Assembly: GCA_046331705.1 (NCBI GenBank)
Contig: JAXLQJ010000062.1
Coordinates: 1-41,214 of the forward strand
Source of the DNA: a bacterium
GTDB taxonomy: Bacteria; JADJOY01
DNA length: 41,214 bases
Direction: 5' to 3'
Below the pieces are notes generated by a model. It had not been told where the DNA came from, did not search any database, and saw only the letters and a list, made by a program, of their open reading frames with translations. A program made the position numbers and the translations under genes. Below, one piece after another: positions 39,243 to 41,214 of this stretch. Position 1 is the first letter of the stretch. Each line of letters begins with the position of its first letter.

Positions 39243-40655
39243 TCAGCGCCGCGCAGGCTCCCAGGTGCCCCGACCCGTCGCGTCGCGGTAGCCGAGCCAG
39301 ATCTCAGGCGCAGCCGCGCCGCGCTTCGCATCCCCGAGGCGCTCGTTGTCGTAACCGCTGACGGGCGTGTCCAGGTGAGCATCCGCGCCGAGCTCGGCCA
39401 CACAGGCGTCGTCGGCCTCCGCCCACGACACCACGGCCTGGCTGATCCGCCATTCGCCGCCGAGCCGGCACGCCACTCGCTGCTCGACGCCGCAGTCGCG
39501 CGGGACGAAATGCCCGTCCGCAGCGCTCGCAGCACAGCGCGCGCCGTCCGCGGGACGAGGCTCACCCGGCGCCCAGCTCCAGATCATCGCGGTGGCGCGC
39601 TCATCGTCCGGTCGTAGCTGGTCGAGCGCCACCTCGTTGAGCGGGCAACCGCGCATCGCCGCCAGCGTCGTCGCGTCGATCGGCTCGACGTCGGGATCCA
39701 CGAGACTGGAAAGGAACGTGCTGTCCTGCCAGACGCGGGCCCACTTCGTCGCATAGTCGTCCGCCGAGAAATACGCCGACTCGCAGTCGGGATACGGCGT
39801 GAAGCCGTCGTTCCCCTTCTTGCGTCCGGTCTCGTCGAAGAACACGGTCGGCCACGTCGCACCTGCGCCGCATCCGGAAGCGAGCACCACCCGCGCGCCG
39901 GCGGCGCGCACGGCGTTCTTGGTGAGATCGAGCGGCAGCGGATGGCAGGCGCCGTCCGCCGCCGGCCGATAGAGCTCGTCGCCGAGCAACGATTCGAAGA
40001 TCGCCACCACCTGGTCGTGAGCCTCGGGCACAGGGCGGCTGCCGGTGGCGGCGTTGGGCTCCTCGAGAACGTCCTCGACGCCCACGATCACCACCGCGTC
40101 CTCGCTCCCCGGTGAAGTGAGGAAATCGACGATCTCCGCCACGCCGTCGGCGAACGCCCGCGCCTTCGACGTACAGCCGAGATGGAAGAGATCGGCGCCC
40201 TGGGCGTGACAGAGGACGGGCGCCTTGGTGCCCGCGGCGTCGCTCTGGTACCAGTGGGCGTCGAGCTCGAGCTTGCGAATGCCGAGCGTCAGCTGATCGC
40301 GAATCGAGACTTGCTGGTTGAAGTCGAAATAGCCCACGCCGGTGTAGGCGGCCGCATTGAACGAGTTGTGGGTCGAATGCCACTGGGTCTCACCCAGCGG
40401 CATGTCGCGATCGAGGCGCTCCTGAAGCAAGAGCGCCTCGTGCAACCACGTGCAACGGTGACCCGCGACGTCGGCGGAGGTGAGCAGATCCGGCGTGTAG
40501 CAATCCTCGTAGCGGGGTGCCGCGTTGGCGGAGACTCCGTCGCCACCGGACCCCGAGCACGACGCGAGCGCGACAACGAACGCACCGACGACTGCTGCCG
40601 CGCTCGCTCGCCTCCGGATTCGTCCTCGCACGCCGCCCCCGTTCCGTGGGCGCAC
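39243..40655 (-). CDS. Lipoprotein with PI-PLC-like phosphodiesterase domain and C-terminal C-type-lectin-like region
   Basis: Lipobox VALASC. STHNSFN and QL.LGIRKLELDAH (PI-PLC X-box-like), WSWAPGEP, then Cys/Trp pattern C...C...ACR...W...W.EA...C. Start position uncertain. Confidence 0.72.
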   Translation of the reverse strand: MRPRNGGGVRGRIRRRASAAAVVGAFVVALASCSGSGGDGVSANAAPRYEDCYTPDLLTSADVAGHRCTWLHEALLLQERLDRDMPLGETQWHSTHNSFNAAAYTGVGYFDFNQQVSIRDQLTLGIRKLELDAHWYQSDAAGTKAPVLCHAQGADLFHLGCTSKARAFADGVAEIVDFLTSPGSEDAVVIVGVEDVLEEPNAATGSRPVPEAHDQVVAIFESLLGDELYRPAADGACHPLPLDLTKNAVRAAGARVVLASGCGAGATWPTVFFDETGRKKGNDGFTPYPDCESAYFSADDYATKWARVWQDSTFLSSLVDPDVEPIDATTLAAMRGCPLNEVALDQLRPDDERATAMIWSWAPGEPRPADGARCAASAADGHFVPRDCGVEQRVACRLGGEWRISQAVVSWAEADDACVAELGADAHLDTPVSGYDNERLGDAKRGAAAPEIWLGYRDATGRGTWEPARR

Positions 40656-40841
40656 GCGCGCACCACGCTTCGCCGTGCGACTGTAACAAAGGAGTCATGA
40701 AAGAGTCGCGGATCGGTTACCGAGACCGAGGCGCGATCGAGTGCACCGTGCGTGCGGAGGCTCTGCACCGCGGCTGCGCGTCCCGAGTCCACGCTCGCCA
40801 CGTCGTCGCTCGCCACCCGAACCGCGTGGAGGGACCTCGTC

Positions 40842-41214
40842 GTGACGCCACAGCGCCTCGCCGCAATCGGTTTCATCTTCCTGTGCACGGCCGCCGGGTG
40901 GTTCTTCCTCGGCAGCTCGATCGTGGTCCGGACCGGCCAGAAGAGCGGCAGCCTGGAAGCGGAGGTCGAGCGGCTGTGGGGCGGACGCCATCGACAGCTC
41001 GCGCCGACCGCCGAGATCGAGCGAACGAGTTCGATCGCCGAGCCGGTCACCGAGAAGGACGCCGCCGGCGCCGCGATGACGCGGGTGATCCAGCGCGACG
41101 TCGTCGAGCGGTCCGCGCTGGTGCTGGGCTCGAGCGAGCTACACGTCGCGCTTCACGTCGATCACCGCCGCAAGGGGTTGCTCTGGTACGACACCTACGC
41201 GATCGACTTCAGCG
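40842..41214 (+). CDS. Inner-membrane CreD-family protein (5' part, runs off the window)
   Basis: Not in the ORF track because it has no stop. GTG 40842 after GGAGGG reads MTPQRLAAIGFIFLCTAAGWFFLGSSIVVRT...VERLWGG..Q.AP...DHRRKGLLWYDTYAIDF. Confidence 0.7.
   Translation, partial: MTPQRLAAIGFIFLCTAAGWFFLGSSIVVRTGQKSGSLEAEVERLWGGRHRQLAPTAEIERTSSIAEPVTEKDAAGAAMTRVIQRDVVERSALVLGSSELHVALHVDHRRKGLLWYDTYAIDFS

Noticed and set aside
40686..40710. AAAGGAGTCATG as a gene start, and a GAGTC-N6-GAGTC direct repeat as an OmpR-family site before the CreD-like gene
   Set aside because: The SD-like sequence is only 2 nt from the ATG, and that frame gives a low-complexity peptide overlapping the CreD-like frame. 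A 5-bp repeat is too short to support alone.

Overview
Very GC-rich bacterial DNA. The gene content (delta-type flagellar gene order, a Gram-negative outer-membrane barrel, many CoA-dependent and amidohydrolase genes, an F420-dependent enzyme) suggests a Deltaproteobacteria-like lineage such as Myxococcota or Ca. Binatia; this is inference. Layout: (1) 1-16141 is a + strand flagellar cluster: TPR-like gene, FleS/FleR-like sigma54 two-component pair, flgB-flgC-fliE-fliF-fliG-fliH-fliI-fliJ-motE-like-fliK-flgD-flgE. fliF and fliK are frameshifted, probably by sequencing indels. (2) 16150-17044 is a non-coding tandem array of six ~155-bp, hairpin-rich units in two linked variants. A solo copy with a compensatorily rewritten stem lies at 32149-32247. 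(3) A beta-propeller/phosphoesterase lipoprotein, a stand-alone receiver protein and an F420-dependent (Ddn-like) oxidoreductase follow. (4) 21706-36326 is a long co-oriented acyl-CoA catabolic cluster behind a sigma70-like promoter overlapped by a perfect 25-bp palindrome. It encodes ALDH, crotonase, two ACADs, a CoA ligase, a Cys-less SCP2/Ltp2-type thiolase plus DUF35, an SDR, a MaoC pair, a thiolase, an OM barrel, an amidohydrolase and a beta-hydroxyacid dehydrogenase. (5) The window ends with an MBL hydrolase, cysK, a PilZ protein with a candidate sigma54 promoter, a PI-PLC-like lipoprotein and a partial CreD-like gene. No CRISPR, tRNA, rRNA or transposase was recognised. The best candidates for undescribed biology are the structured repeat family and the retro-aldolase-containing lipid catabolic operon.
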